A DNA stretch of 64,000 bases from an uncultured Desulfospira sp. (GCA_963663165.1 OY760175.1:4256001-4320000); one strand, 5' to 3'; shown: positions 1 through 10,422, numbered from the stretch's first letter. Program-made: numbers and translations. The notes: generated from the sequence alone by a model not told the origin.

Positions 1-1997
1 TCGGTGGAGACATAATTGCCTGATCCGGCAGGGGATTCGGAGACTTCATGGGCAATTTGCTCATCCTGATATTTGTAATCAAGGGATATGGTGGTTTTTT
101 TGAAGGGATGGTATCGCAAGCCGGCGTTGACCCGGTGCTTGGCAACGTCACCGAGTTCCTTTCCGGCAGGCTCATCTCCATCGTAATCGTATTCCTGGAA
201 CATGTAGCCGACATAAAAGGAAAGGCAGTCCAGCAGGTTGCCGCTGATTTCCACTTCGGCGCCGTAGCGGTTGACCTCATCCAGGTTGATATACATATCG
301 CTGCCTTCAAGTCCTGCCGGGAGTCCGGCGCCGGTGAAGACTTTTTTCCCGTTTTTCATTTGATACATGGAATATGTGCCGAAATCCCAGTTGTCTGCCA
401 CATAGTCCTTGATCTGATAATAGGAAAAATCCGTCTTGAGGTTAATGTTTTTCCACAGCCGCCGGTTGATAATCAGGTCGTAGTTGACGCCATGCTCAGG
501 GTCCACCTGGGCATACCGGCCAGGGCATACCAGGCAGAAGGGGGCAACATTCCAGAACCGGCTGACGCCAATGGACACAGAGGTGTCGCGCAGGCAGGCG
601 GCGTGGTCATCCAGCTTGTAAGTGGCAAACAGTTTGGGCATCCATGAATCAAAGGATTTATCGATATATTTCTGGGCGGGATCAAGGGTGACCTGATACC
701 CTTGGACAGAGCCCCACCCCATGATGGTGGAGTAGTTGTTGATGCTCAGATCTACGGCCTCGTACCGCAAGCCGGCCCTCACGCTGAAGTTTTCAGTGAC
801 CTGCCAGGTATCTTCGATAAATCCGGATTTATGGCTTCTGACTTTGTTGTCGTCATCTTCTCGTGGTTCAAATGTAACATAGTAATCAAGGGCGTCGAAG
901 CCCACAACAAGGGTGTGGTTTTTGAACGATTTGATCTCATCCTGGATATTGTAGGCCAGGGTTCTGCCTTTGGAGTTGGGATTTTCCACCAGCACACCGT
1001 TGGTGATCTGGGTGGAATAATGATCGGTTTTTTCGATATAGGACACCCCCAAAGAGATATCACCGATGGACGTCGGCTGGAAATAGGATAACCGGTGGGC
1101 CCAGTTTTCCAGATAGTATCGGCTGTCCGCTGTAATATTACTGGCAGTGTTGGATGTCACCACCGGGTAGCTGGAATCATAATCCCCGGAAGGGTCATTT
1201 AGTGCGTAGGATTCGCGTTCCTTTTGCACCAGGTTGCCCATGTATTTGAGATACGCGCCGGATGAAAATTTGTAACCGAGCATCAGCCCAAAATCTTCGG
1301 TGTCTGCCGCGCCGTGCCGCAGGTATCCGTCTGTCGTATAATTCCGGTAGGTTGCGGCGTAATTGAACCCGTTATAGCCGCCTTCCAGGACCATCCGGTT
1401 GTCGTAGGTGCCGTATTCTCCAATGCTGGAGGTGATTTTGATGTCCGGCTTGGTGCTGGTTTTTATTTCCGGGATCTTGGTTTTAAAATTGATCACCCCG
1501 CCCATGGCTTTACCGGAATATCTTGCCGAATGGGCGCCGGGAATGATTTCCACGGATTCAAGCAGATCCATGGGGACCAGGCTGTAATCCACCACCTGGC
1601 CAAAGCTTAAGGGTTGATCAAAGGTAACGCCGTCTACCGCATTGACATAACGCCGGACCCCGAATCCCCTAAGCAGAATCGGAGATTCCCCCCGTTCAGA
1701 CCGGACATCAATGTCGCTTTTTCCCCTGTAGTCGACCAGGGCGCTGTCCCTTAGAATGTCCACCACATTGTGGACGGCGGTGGCCTTTTGATAGGTTTCA
1801 AGGTTGATGGTTGATTTTTCAGGATCAAGCGTCGGCACCTCCTCGTTCTTAGTTGCCGTGACGGTGACATCTTTGAGGGTGTGCGTTTCAATGGTTTCGT
1901 TTTCGGATTCATCGGCTGCATGGCTGTTTCCTGCCGGTGACAGGAAAACAAGACAGGCCATTGCGGCAAAGCAGATCAGTTTTGCAAGAAATTTCAT
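1..1997 (-). CDS. TonB-dependent outer-membrane receptor (5' part; runs off the window)
   Basis: ATG at 1997 with GGAGGG upstream. Manual translation MKFLAKLICFAAMACLVFLSPAGNSHA (signal peptide), then LKDVTVTAT (TonB-box-like) and plug motifs LLRGFG, VDGV, ESVEIIPGAHSARYSGKAMGGVINF. Absent from the ORF track because no stop falls inside the window. Confidence 0.9.
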   Translation of the reverse strand, partial: MKFLAKLICFAAMACLVFLSPAGNSHAADESENETIETHTLKDVTVTATKNEEVPTLDPEKSTINLETYQKATAVHNVVDILRDSALVDYRGKSDIDVRSERGESPILLRGFGVRRYVNAVDGVTFDQPLSFGQVVDYSLVPMDLLESVEIIPGAHSARYSGKAMGGVINFKTKIPEIKTSTKPDIKITSSIGEYGTYDNRMVLEGGYNGFNYAATYRNYTTDGYLRHGAADTEDFGLMLGYKFSSGAYLKYMGNLVQKERESYALNDPSGDYDSSYPVVTSNTASNITADSRYYLENWAHRLSYFQPTSIGDISLGVSYIEKTDHYSTQITNGVLVENPNSKGRTLAYNIQDEIKSFKNHTLVVGFDALDYYVTFEPREDDDNKVRSHKSGFIEDTWQVTENFSVRAGLRYEAVDLSINNYSTIMGWGSVQGYQVTLDPAQKYIDKSFDSWMPKLFATYKLDDHAACLRDTSVSIGVSRFWNVAPFCLVCPGRYAQVDPEHGVNYDLIINRRLWKNINLKTDFSYYQIKDYVADNWDFGTYSMYQMKNGKKVFTGAGLPAGLEGSDMYINLDEVNRYGAEVEISGNLLDCLSFYVGYMFQEYDYDGDEPAGKELGDVAKHRVNAGLRYHPFKKTTISLDYKYQDEQIAHEVSESPAGSGNYVST

Positions 1998-2000
1998 ACA

Positions 2001-2390
2001 GTTTCCCTCCATACCTACAAATAAAATTGGTTTGGCCCAATCATTGCGTTGACGGAAGGGATACTTGGATGATATTCTTACTCTCTGAATATCCTTTCAC
2101 CGCTATGAAAGGGTCTCACATTAGGGGGCAGCCTTGCATTCCTTGGCCGGAGTAAGGTTGCCTTCTTTTTTTACACTCTTTTTATTCCAAAACAAAAAAA
2201 GCCACGCAGTCATACCCCGCTTGGGGGCAATGGACCTTCGTGGCCTTTGGTTTTATTATGCCTCAAGTTGTTGCCTTGACCCGCGCTGTTCGCGGATCAA
2301 ACTTATTGTGTTCCCTCTAAAACGTGCCGTAAGGGGGCTTCAGCCACCACAGTTCAAAGTTTGTGTTCGTTTCCACACGTTTTGAGCATT
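2001..2390 (-). promoter_or_regulatory. Structured 5' leader (candidate riboswitch/attenuator) of the TonB-dependent receptor
   Basis: Complementary pairs 2315-2327/2375-2386, 2276-2285/2291-2300, 2077-2083/2150-2156 and 2093-2099/2106-2112; terminator-like stem at 2194-2247; anti-SD at 2052-2064. Confidence 0.5.
2194..2247 (-). terminator. Intrinsic terminator-like hairpin within the leader
   Basis: Minus strand GCCACG...CGTGGC stem followed by T7. Confidence 0.6.
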
Positions 2391-2488
2391 TGAGCATATG
2401 CTACCTAACTTGTGGGTTTGCAAAAGTCAAGTGTTTTCCTTGGGTCAGGAGTTCCCCGCGGCTTTTTAAAAAATATGCGCTGAAGTAT

Positions 2489-4342
2489 TCATACCTTAAA
2501 AAGGGTCTTTGCCAGATACCCGATGGATGAGGACAGCCCGACCACAAGGATGGATCCGGCATTGTGGGTCACGGCCCCCCACACCGGGGTCAGCCAGCCC
2601 GTGGCGCCGGCAATGACCGATACCAGGTTGATCAGAAAGCTTAATGCAATGCTGATCTGAATGACCCGGCTCATGGTCCGGCCCAGGGAGAACAGAACCG
2701 TAAGCTTGTCCAGCCGGTCGTTCATCAGGACAATATCTGCGGTTTCAAGGGCCGCATCGGATCCGTTCAGCCCCATGGCAATGCCGGTGTCCGCTGCCTT
2801 GAGGGCCGGGGCATCGTTAATGCCGTCCCCCACATAGACCAGGACGCCCTTGTCATAGGCGGCAATGCGCGCCAGTTTGTCGGAAGGCGACTGGCCGGCA
2901 AAGGCCGTATCAATGCCAATCCTTCGGCTGATGGCATCTGCCGGGGCTTGCTGGTCCCCTGAAATCACGGCAATATCTGTGATTCCCATGGATTTAAGCT
3001 GCTTGACCACCTGCCGGGCTGCGGGCCGGGCCTGGTCTTCCATGCAGATATATCCGGCCGGGGCCTGGTCGATGTTTATTTCCACCGTGGTGTACCCTTT
3101 TTCAGAAAAGGCCTCGGTGGTGGCGATTTCCACGGCCCGGCCATCCACTCGGCCCTTGACCCCGAGACCCGGGATATGGACCACCTCATCGGCCTCCGGT
3201 ATCTCCAGGGACAACTCCCCGGCCTTTTGTAAAATGGCCCGGGCCAGGGGATGGTTCATTTTCATTTCCAGGGCCGCAGCGGTTCTCAGCAGGGTAGGCT
3301 CATCCTCCCCTTCCCCTTGAAGAATCACCTCTTTGACTTCCGGCGTTCCGTTGGTCAGGGTGCCGGTCTTGTCAAAAAAAACAGCCGTGGCTCTGGCCAT
3401 ATGCTCCAGATAGATTCCGCCTTTGACCAGAATTCCCTCCTTGGCGGCAAAGCCAATGGCACAGACGGTGGCCACAGGCCCTGCTAAAAGAAAGGAACAG
3501 GGGCATCCCACAATCAATACCGTGATGGCCCGCTCTAAATCCCGGGTGACGGCAAATGTGATCAGGGCGCTTGACAGGATAACCGGGGTAAACCACCGGG
3601 CATACCGGTCCACAATTTTGGCGGAATCCGTTTTGGACTGTTCCGCTGCGGAGACCATGGAGATGATTTTGCCCATGGTTGAATCTTTGCCCACCTTTTC
3701 GGTTCTTACCCGGATAAATCCGTCACTGTTCACGGTTCCGGCCCAGACCTCATCCCCTTGTTTTTTGGGTTTGGGCACCGGTTCCCCGGTCACGGCAGAT
3801 TCATCCACGGCACAGGCCCCGTCCACCACAATGCCATCCACCGGGATCATGCCGCCGGGTTTTACAATGACCACATCACCTTTGCCCACCTCGGACACCT
3901 TAACGGTTTTTTCCCGGCCGTTTTCTTCCAGAACCGCCGTATCCGGGGTCTTCTTTATCAAATCCTCAATGGCGTGGCGTGCGGAATCACTGACCGCTTC
4001 TTCCACCAGGGCGCCGGCCACCATGATGGCGGACACCACGGCCGCCTCCAGAAAATGACCGCTGACAAGACAGGCGATAATGGCAATGGAGACCAGTTCA
4101 TCCACGTTCATCCGTCGCTTCATGATGCCCCTGGCAGCCTCCATGATGATGGGAACCCCGTTGACCAGAACCGATAGCAGCAGCACCATATCCGTTACGC
4201 TGAAAACCGGCAGGTTTTTCACCGGAAGCATCCCGGCCAGGTATGCCAGGGGGATCAGGGCCGTGCCGGCGGCGGTTTTGATGAAATCTTCAGATGAAAA
4301 AAGTTCTTTGTATATATTTAAGTTTGCATGCCGTCGAATCAT
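2489..4342 (-). CDS. Heavy-metal translocating P1B-type ATPase (Zn/Cd/Co-like, no N-terminal metal-binding domain)
   Basis: TGE, CPC, DKTGTLT, HP and GDGINDAP motifs. Confidence 0.93.
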   Translation of the reverse strand: MIRRHANLNIYKELFSSEDFIKTAAGTALIPLAYLAGMLPVKNLPVFSVTDMVLLLSVLVNGVPIIMEAARGIMKRRMNVDELVSIAIIACLVSGHFLEAAVVSAIMVAGALVEEAVSDSARHAIEDLIKKTPDTAVLEENGREKTVKVSEVGKGDVVIVKPGGMIPVDGIVVDGACAVDESAVTGEPVPKPKKQGDEVWAGTVNSDGFIRVRTEKVGKDSTMGKIISMVSAAEQSKTDSAKIVDRYARWFTPVILSSALITFAVTRDLERAITVLIVGCPCSFLLAGPVATVCAIGFAAKEGILVKGGIYLEHMARATAVFFDKTGTLTNGTPEVKEVILQGEGEDEPTLLRTAAALEMKMNHPLARAILQKAGELSLEIPEADEVVHIPGLGVKGRVDGRAVEIATTEAFSEKGYTTVEINIDQAPAGYICMEDQARPAARQVVKQLKSMGITDIAVISGDQQAPADAISRRIGIDTAFAGQSPSDKLARIAAYDKGVLVYVGDGINDAPALKAADTGIAMGLNGSDAALETADIVLMNDRLDKLTVLFSLGRTMSRVIQISIALSFLINLVSVIAGATGWLTPVWGAVTHNAGSILVVGLSSSIGYLAKTLFKV

Positions 4343-4557
4343 TTTCAGCTCCTTTTGTTTGGTTATCAGATAGTTTGAATATCAATTTATGATCGCTAAC
4401 CAAATATACGCATTATATTTATTAGTCAAGCAGTTTGTTGATCAAATATTTTTATTATAAAATTAAGCCGTCGAATTTATACCATGGCCGCCAGCCAGGG
4501 CAATCGCATTTGTGATTCGGCATGATATTCTTTGTGAATTTAATGTAGAAGAGGTAA

Positions 4558-4628
4558 TTAGACTGAAGGTGGTTAGGCTGAAGGGATGCGCAACCCTAAA
4601 CCCCTTCAGTCTTCAGCCTAAATCCCTA
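4558..4628. repeat. Intergenic palindromic repeat of the (G/A)CTGAAG...CTTCAG family
   Basis: TTAGACTGAAGGTGGTTAGGCTGAAGGG...CCCTTCAGTCTTCAGCCTAAATCCC; related copies near 7729, 12097, 51701 and 55167. Confidence 0.8.
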
Positions 4629-4795
4629 CATAATTGGAGATTAAACGGATTATTCCAAACCCGCTTATCCCAAGGCCGCCATCAGAATTCCTTGACATTT
4701 GAAGCTGGTTTACATATGGGTCTGAGATTGACATGAAAGCCTACAACCAAAGGCTAACAGCTAGTAGCTAACAGCTAAAAACGGGAGCGGAATCG

Positions 4796-6016
4796 GTGGC
4801 AAAGCAGGCGGGCGGTTTTTATTATGGGTACATCGTTGTTCTGGCAAGTTTTCTGATTCTCCTGCTGGTGTTCGGGGTTCATTACACCTTCGGCCTTTAT
4901 GTGAAGCCGATTTTTGCTGAATTCGGATGGGGCATGGCCGCTATTTCCGGTGCTTATTCCCTGTCATGGCTCATTCAGGGGCCTTCGGGCATGATCATGG
5001 GAAAGTTAAACGATAAATACGGCCCGCGCATGGTGCTTTCCCTGTGCGGGGTTTCCCTGTTTATCGGCATTATTTTAACCACCCAGATTAAAGAAAGCTA
5101 TCAGCTTTATCTGTCTTACGGGCTGTTTACGGGGATCGGAACCGGCGGGATTTATGTTCCCATTGTGTCAACCATTACCAAATGGTTTGCCCAAAGAAGA
5201 GGGGTTATGACCGGGATTGCCATCAGCGGGATGGGGTTTGGGACCTTTGTCATGTCGCCGGTGGCCAATTATCTGATTTCCAATTACAGCTGGCGGGTTT
5301 CCTACAGCGTCCTGGGCACGGCCATGCTGATGGTGGTGCTGCTGTCGGCCCAGTGCCTTAAATCCAATCCGGAAAGTTTGTCCCCGGGGACAGGGAGCAA
5401 GGGAAACCCGGAAGGAAAAGCACCAGCAGGTCCATCGGTTTCTTTAAAAGAGGCCGTTTCCCAGGTGGGGTTCTGGATGATTCTGGTTATGTTCTTCTGC
5501 TTTGGGTACTGCCTGATGGCCATGCTGGTTCATATTGTTCCCCATGCCATTGAGATCGGCAAATCGCCTGCCGCTGCAGCCGGTCTGGTGTCCGTCATCG
5601 GGATTGCCAGCATCGGCGGGAAGGTTTTTTTTGGCTATTTTGGAGACCGCCTGGGCAGCAAAGCCACCTATATCATCTGTTTTGGGATTATGTTCGGGTC
5701 CTTGTGGCTGCCCATTTGTGCCGCCGGTCTGGTTTTTCTTTACGGTTTCAGCGTATTGTTCGGCCTGGCTTACGGCGGAAATGCCTGTGCCCAGGGCCCG
5801 CTTGTGGCGGATATCTTCGGGTTGAAGGCCCACGGTGAAATTTTAGGGACTCTGATCATTGGCTTTACCACCGGTGCTGCGGTGGGGCCGTTGCTCACGG
5901 GCTATCTGTTTGATATAAACGGCAGCTACACCACGGCCTTTTATATTGCGTCCTCTTTTTCTGCCCTTGGTCTGGCATTGGCGTTTACCCTGGGGGGCAG
6001 GCCGGCCCGTTCATAA
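4796..6016 (+). CDS. MFS transporter (oxalate:formate antiporter-like)
   Basis: About 12 hydrophobic segments; MFS loop motifs GKLNDKYGPR and GYFGDRLGSK; WF..RRG..TG motif. Confidence 0.88.
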   Translation: MAKQAGGFYYGYIVVLASFLILLLVFGVHYTFGLYVKPIFAEFGWGMAAISGAYSLSWLIQGPSGMIMGKLNDKYGPRMVLSLCGVSLFIGIILTTQIKESYQLYLSYGLFTGIGTGGIYVPIVSTITKWFAQRRGVMTGIAISGMGFGTFVMSPVANYLISNYSWRVSYSVLGTAMLMVVLLSAQCLKSNPESLSPGTGSKGNPEGKAPAGPSVSLKEAVSQVGFWMILVMFFCFGYCLMAMLVHIVPHAIEIGKSPAAAAGLVSVIGIASIGGKVFFGYFGDRLGSKATYIICFGIMFGSLWLPICAAGLVFLYGFSVLFGLAYGGNACAQGPLVADIFGLKAHGEILGTLIIGFTTGAAVGPLLTGYLFDINGSYTTAFYIASSFSALGLALAFTLGGRPARS

Positions 6017-6075
6017 GATACGGCCGGCTTGGCCGGAATGTTTTTCATGGACTCCTCAAATAAAGGAAGGCGGCT

Positions 6076-7734
6076 GTGGAATCTTCAGGATTTGATTTTG
6101 ATTACATTGTCATCGGGTCTGGGTTTGGCGGCAGCGTATCGGCCTTGAGACTGTCCCAGAAAGGGTACAAGGTCGCCGTTATTGAATCGGGCAGACAATG
6201 GAAGAATACGGATTTTGCAAAGACCAACTGGAACCTGCGCAAATATCTGTGGATGCCGAAAATTTTCCTTTACGGCATCCAGCGCATGACCCTTTTAAAC
6301 GATGTGTTTATTCTCGGGGGTGCCGGTGTCGGCGGGGGCAGCTTAAATTACGCCAATACCCTTTATGTGCCGCCGGACGCTTTTTTTGAACATGATACGG
6401 TGAAGCGGCTGGGCGGCAAAAAAGGGCTGCTGCCCTATTACCGGATCGCCCAAAAAATGCTCGGGGCAACGGAGAATCAATATATCGGCGAATCCGATCG
6501 TCTCATGCTAAAAACCGCCGATGCATTCGACCGGGGCCATACCTTTCAAAAAACCCAGGTCGGGGTTTATTTCGGGCAGGAAGGCAAAACAGCCAAAGAC
6601 CCTTATTTTTTCGGGCAGGGACCGGACCGGACAGGATGTGAGCTTTGCGGGGCCTGCATGACCGGCTGCCCCAAGGATGCCAAAAACAGCCTGGATAAAA
6701 ATTATCTGTTTTTTGCCCAAAAATTCGGGGCGCAAATCATCCCGGAAAACAAGGTAACGGATATCCGCCCCCTTTCAGAGGACGGCGCCGGCGGGTATGT
6801 GGTCACCTCTGTTAAAACAACGGCCCTGTTGGGCCGGAAGACAGCCTTTAAAACCAGGGGCATTGTGGTGTCCGCCGGGGTGATGGGCACCCTTTCTTTG
6901 CTGCTCAAACTTAAGGAAAACGGGCGGCTGCCCCGCCTGTCCGGGGATTTGGGAAAAATTGTCCGGACCAACAGTGAGGCCATTCTCGGGGCAAAGGCCA
7001 AATCCCGGGATGTGGATTTTTCAAAAGGGGTGGCCATTACCTCCAGTGTTCATCCCGACGAAAACACCCATATGGAGCCGGTCCGGTATGCTGCGGGAAA
7101 CGATTTCATGGGCCTGTTGATTGTGCTGTTGACCGACGGCGGAGGAAACATTCCCCGGATGGTCCGGTACTTTTTGAATGTTCTTCGCCATCCGGTTCAG
7201 TTTATTCGTCTTTTAAACCCCCTGGGGTTTGCCCGCAGAACCCTGATTATCCTGGTCATGCAGACCCATGACAATTACCTGAATGTGTTCAGAAAGCGGC
7301 GCTTTTTCTGGCCTTTTGAAAAAAGCCTGACCTCGGTGCAGGCCAGTGTCAGAAAAAATCCTGTCTATATTCCCATTGCCAATAAATTTGCCCGGATTCT
7401 GGCCAAAAAGATGAACGGGATCCCGGCCGGGATCGTTACCGAAGTGTACATGAATGCGCCCATTACCGCCCACATCATGGGCGGTTGCAGCCTTCACAAA
7501 GAGCCGGGACGGGGCATGATTGACGAGAAAAATCATGTCAGGGGATATCAGAATATGCTCATTGCCGATGCGTCCATGATCCCGGAGAACCTCGGGGTGA
7601 ACCCGGCCCTGTCCATCACGGCGTTATCGGAACGGGCCATGTCCTTTATCCCGGTCAAGCCGTCAAAGACCATAAGATATTTAAAGGCCGATCACGCCTG
7701 GGGCATTGCCCCCTATCTTGAGGTTGAAGGCTGA
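6076..7734 (+). CDS. GMC-family FAD oxidoreductase (cholesterol oxidase-like)
   Basis: GSGFGGS FAD motif, GVGGGSL, CxxCGxCxxGC, AHIMGG and C-terminal GVNPALSITALSERA. Confidence 0.88.
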   Translation: MESSGFDFDYIVIGSGFGGSVSALRLSQKGYKVAVIESGRQWKNTDFAKTNWNLRKYLWMPKIFLYGIQRMTLLNDVFILGGAGVGGGSLNYANTLYVPPDAFFEHDTVKRLGGKKGLLPYYRIAQKMLGATENQYIGESDRLMLKTADAFDRGHTFQKTQVGVYFGQEGKTAKDPYFFGQGPDRTGCELCGACMTGCPKDAKNSLDKNYLFFAQKFGAQIIPENKVTDIRPLSEDGAGGYVVTSVKTTALLGRKTAFKTRGIVVSAGVMGTLSLLLKLKENGRLPRLSGDLGKIVRTNSEAILGAKAKSRDVDFSKGVAITSSVHPDENTHMEPVRYAAGNDFMGLLIVLLTDGGGNIPRMVRYFLNVLRHPVQFIRLLNPLGFARRTLIILVMQTHDNYLNVFRKRRFFWPFEKSLTSVQASVRKNPVYIPIANKFARILAKKMNGIPAGIVTEVYMNAPITAHIMGGCSLHKEPGRGMIDEKNHVRGYQNMLIADASMIPENLGVNPALSITALSERAMSFIPVKPSKTIRYLKADHAWGIAPYLEVEG

Positions 7735-7797
7735 AGGCGGGAGGCTGAAGATCAAACGGGGAGGGAACTCGCCAGCCGAGAAACCGCCTTCAGCCAG
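7729..7797. repeat. CTGAAG-family palindromic repeat between convergent genes
   Basis: GGCTGAAGGCGG...CCGCCTTCAGCC; overlaps the GMC stop codon. Confidence 0.65.
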
Positions 7798-7804
7798 AAG
7801 CCCT

Positions 7805-8290
7805 TTACTCCCGGCTAAAATTGGACCGGATGCTGACAACAGGCACGGGGCAGTGGCGGAAAACCTTTTCAGCAACACTGCCAAACAGAAACCGGGAAAG
7901 GTTGCCCCGGCCCTTGTTGCCCATGACAACCAGGTCCGCGCCCAAGGGTTCCACCGCGTCGAGGATGACGTTGTAAGGCACCCCGGTTTCAATCCGGATC
8001 TCCATTCTGTGCCGGTCGTCGGCAAACCGTTCTTTTAGCATGGCCTCTATTTCCTCAAGCCGTCTCTTTTTTAATTCGGCGATGTAATCTTCAATGCTTG
8101 TGGCTGCCGGAACAAAGAACCCGGAATGAATATCAATGGCTTCAACGCCGAGAATGTCCCGCTGGTTGATCACGTTAAAGACAATCAGCTTTGTATCGTT
8201 CTCTTTTGACAGGGTGATACCGTACTCAAGGGCTTCAAGGGAATAAGGCGATAAATCCACACATACCATGATGGTTTTTATTTTATCCAT
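7805..8290 (-). CDS. Universal stress protein (UspA family)
   Basis: IMVCVDLS...ADLVVMGNKGRG...FGSVAEKV...PVPVV. Confidence 0.92.
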   Translation of the reverse strand: MDKIKTIMVCVDLSPYSLEALEYGITLSKENDTKLIVFNVINQRDILGVEAIDIHSGFFVPAATSIEDYIAELKKRRLEEIEAMLKERFADDRHRMEIRIETGVPYNVILDAVEPLGADLVVMGNKGRGNLSRFLFGSVAEKVFRHCPVPVVSIRSNFSRE

Positions 8291-8459
8291 AGGGTTTCCC
8301 TCCTTTCATACTTTCCGGTTCAAGGGCCTGTTTTGGCCTGGCCTGCCCGGACATTATCCCCGGCCTGACAGTGACGATTTGGCCGGAGCAAACCAAGGCT
8401 TTCCAAATACCAATTTCCAACTATTCCAACTATAACTATTTCAACTATATAAATAACTT

Positions 8460-8475
8460 TGCAAATGGTATGCCA
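8460..8475 (-). promoter_or_regulatory. sigma54 -24/-12 promoter upstream of usp
   Basis: Minus strand TGGCATACCATTTGCA = GG-N10-GC. Confidence 0.65.
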
Positions 8476-8714
8476 GGGGGTGGCCGCGGGCGGCCCGCAG
8501 GGTTTTCATGGCCGAAAAAAAGACACCTGTTTCTGGAAACAGGTATCAATTAAGGGGATTGGATGCCGGTTACCCAGGCATCACCCTTGTGTACCCCGCC
8601 GTATTTAAACCCGGAAGGGAAGGAAAAGGGCGGCTAAAGGTTTACAGCGTATAAAAAAAATTGACACAGGGGTCAAACCTTGATTAGAGCATTATCTCCC
8701 GGCAGCTCATGCCG

Positions 8715-9389
8715 TTAAATTTTAGCTGATTCTGACACCTCGGCCAGCCCGTCCGGGTCCTGGATCAGGATATCCTTTGACTCAACCTGGATCAGGGCAA
8801 GGCCGGACAATTTTTTTAACGCCCTTGAAATGGTCTCGGGGGATGTCCCGATGAGGTTGGCCAGCTGGACTTTGGAAACTGGCAGGGTGACACGTTTCTC
8901 GCTGCCCTGTTCAATGGACAGGGTCAGGATATAGGCGGCCAGCCGGGAGGGGACCTCTTTGAGGCTTAAGTTTTCGATCTGTACGGTAAACTCCCGCAGC
9001 CGCCGGGACAAATCCGCCAGCATGTCCATGGCCAGGGCAGGGGTGATGGTGATCAGCTGCACAAACCGGGCCCGGGGCAGAAAAACGATCCGGGAATCTT
9101 CCAGGGCCATGGAGGAGGCGGGAAAGGTCTTTCCCTCAAAGACCGGGACCTCTCCAAATATGTGACCGGGGCCGTAAATATGAAGGATCTGCTCTTTGCC
9201 TTCAAGGGAGAGTTTAAACACTTTGATTTTACCGGTTTGAACGATGTAGAACCCGTCGGCCCTGTCGCCTTCATGGAAAATCATTTCGTCTTTTCCCATG
9301 GTCAGCTGCGTGGCAATGGCGCTGACCGTTTCAAGTTCCCGGTTTGAAAGCCCTGAAAACAAAGGGACGGTTTTTAAAAAGGGGATCAA
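8715..9389 (-). CDS. Crp/Fnr-family transcriptional regulator (HcpR/Dnr-like)
   Basis: cNMP-binding fold (IFHEGD, FGEVP) and HTH LANLIGTSPETISR; no FNR cysteines. Confidence 0.92.
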   Translation of the reverse strand: MIPFLKTVPLFSGLSNRELETVSAIATQLTMGKDEMIFHEGDRADGFYIVQTGKIKVFKLSLEGKEQILHIYGPGHIFGEVPVFEGKTFPASSMALEDSRIVFLPRARFVQLITITPALAMDMLADLSRRLREFTVQIENLSLKEVPSRLAAYILTLSIEQGSEKRVTLPVSKVQLANLIGTSPETISRALKKLSGLALIQVESKDILIQDPDGLAEVSESAKI

Positions 9390-9576
9390 TTTTTTTCCTT
9401 TCTTTTTATGCCCAAATCTATCTGTAAATTATGGTGTTGTAAAGACCGTGAAGACGTTAAGTTTCAGGGCAGATAAGATCTGTGGCATCGCGCTTTTTTC
9501 CTTGTCATTTGATACTGCCGGGGTTAAGTTCTCTAAAAAGAGATCCCCCTGCTTTCCCGTAAGTTAACGACACCTT

Positions 9577-10287
9577 TTGAAGAGGCTGCAATCCATGTCC
9601 CCGGATGAGAAGACCTTTTTGACACTGTCCCAGGCGGTTGGCGCCCTTGCCGAAGATTTCCGGCAGTACGGCCCCCAGCCGCACATGTGCCATGAAATCG
9701 GGCCGATGATTCTAAAAGACGATTTTAAAACCGGCATGTTCAATCAGCAGAAACGGGCCTGGATCGCCCGCAGCGGCTGCTTTCCTGAGGAGCCGGTGGC
9801 GGACGAGGCGATGGGGTTTTATCTGATCCATATGCTGGAGACAAATAAGATCTGTGCCAAAGATATGGCCAAAATCTGCGGCAGGGTTTTTGAGGCCCCT
9901 GCCCTGGCCGGAGAGCAGGGGGGAGAGCCCGGAATATGGGTCAGAAGCCAGATGGCCGGATTTGCCTGCAACCGGTGCGGACACTGCTGTACCGGGCTGG
10001 GCAATACCTGCACCACAGAAGATTACCGGTTATGGGAACGCCTTGGCCGAACCGATATCCTGGCCTGGGTTAAACCCGAGCCCTCCGGCGGCAACGGCAT
10101 TCAATACCGGATCTGGGTGGATCCCCAAACCGGAACAGAAACCGATTCCTGCCCGTTCCTTGGAAAACAGTCCGGCAAAAAAAGCTTTTTTTGCACCATC
10201 CAGGAAGTCAAACCCCGGGTCTGCCGGGAGTATCCCTTTACCCGAAAGCATGCAAGGCTTACCGGGTGTCCGGGATTTGACGAATAG
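9577..10287 (+). CDS. YkgJ-family cysteine-cluster (putative Fe-S/Zn) protein
   Basis: FACNRCGHCC...CPFL...CTIQEVKPRVCREYP; the true start may be ATG 9594. Confidence 0.75.
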   Translation: MKRLQSMSPDEKTFLTLSQAVGALAEDFRQYGPQPHMCHEIGPMILKDDFKTGMFNQQKRAWIARSGCFPEEPVADEAMGFYLIHMLETNKICAKDMAKICGRVFEAPALAGEQGGEPGIWVRSQMAGFACNRCGHCCTGLGNTCTTEDYRLWERLGRTDILAWVKPEPSGGNGIQYRIWVDPQTGTETDSCPFLGKQSGKKSFFCTIQEVKPRVCREYPFTRKHARLTGCPGFDE

Positions 10288-10422
10288 ATGGACTGTTGGC
10301 CACGCCGCTGATATGGTATGCTGATATCGATCTTCCCGTATAACGGGATCATGGCGCGGGAAATGGGGGCTTGTATTTGTAGCGAGAAGAACCACAAGAA
10401 CGACACAGGACGCAGAGAACAA

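Noticed and set aside
48..1610. Plus-strand ORFs of 98-199 aa
   Set aside because: Antisense shadows of the TonB-dependent receptor on the minus strand.
2001..2400. Cobalamin riboswitch call
   Set aside because: Conserved B12-box and GCCACTG/GGGAAG motifs were not found by eye; kept only as an unassigned structured leader.
8401..8460. Short CAACTAT-like repeats as a CRISPR or iteron array
   Set aside because: Irregular, very short and without spacers; no cas or rep gene nearby.
8661..8676. TTGAC-N6-GTCAA palindrome as the site for the adjacent Crp/Fnr protein
   Set aside because: The spacing is 2 nt longer than an FNR-type box. It could be an activator site for the usp sigma54 promoter, but I cannot support that.
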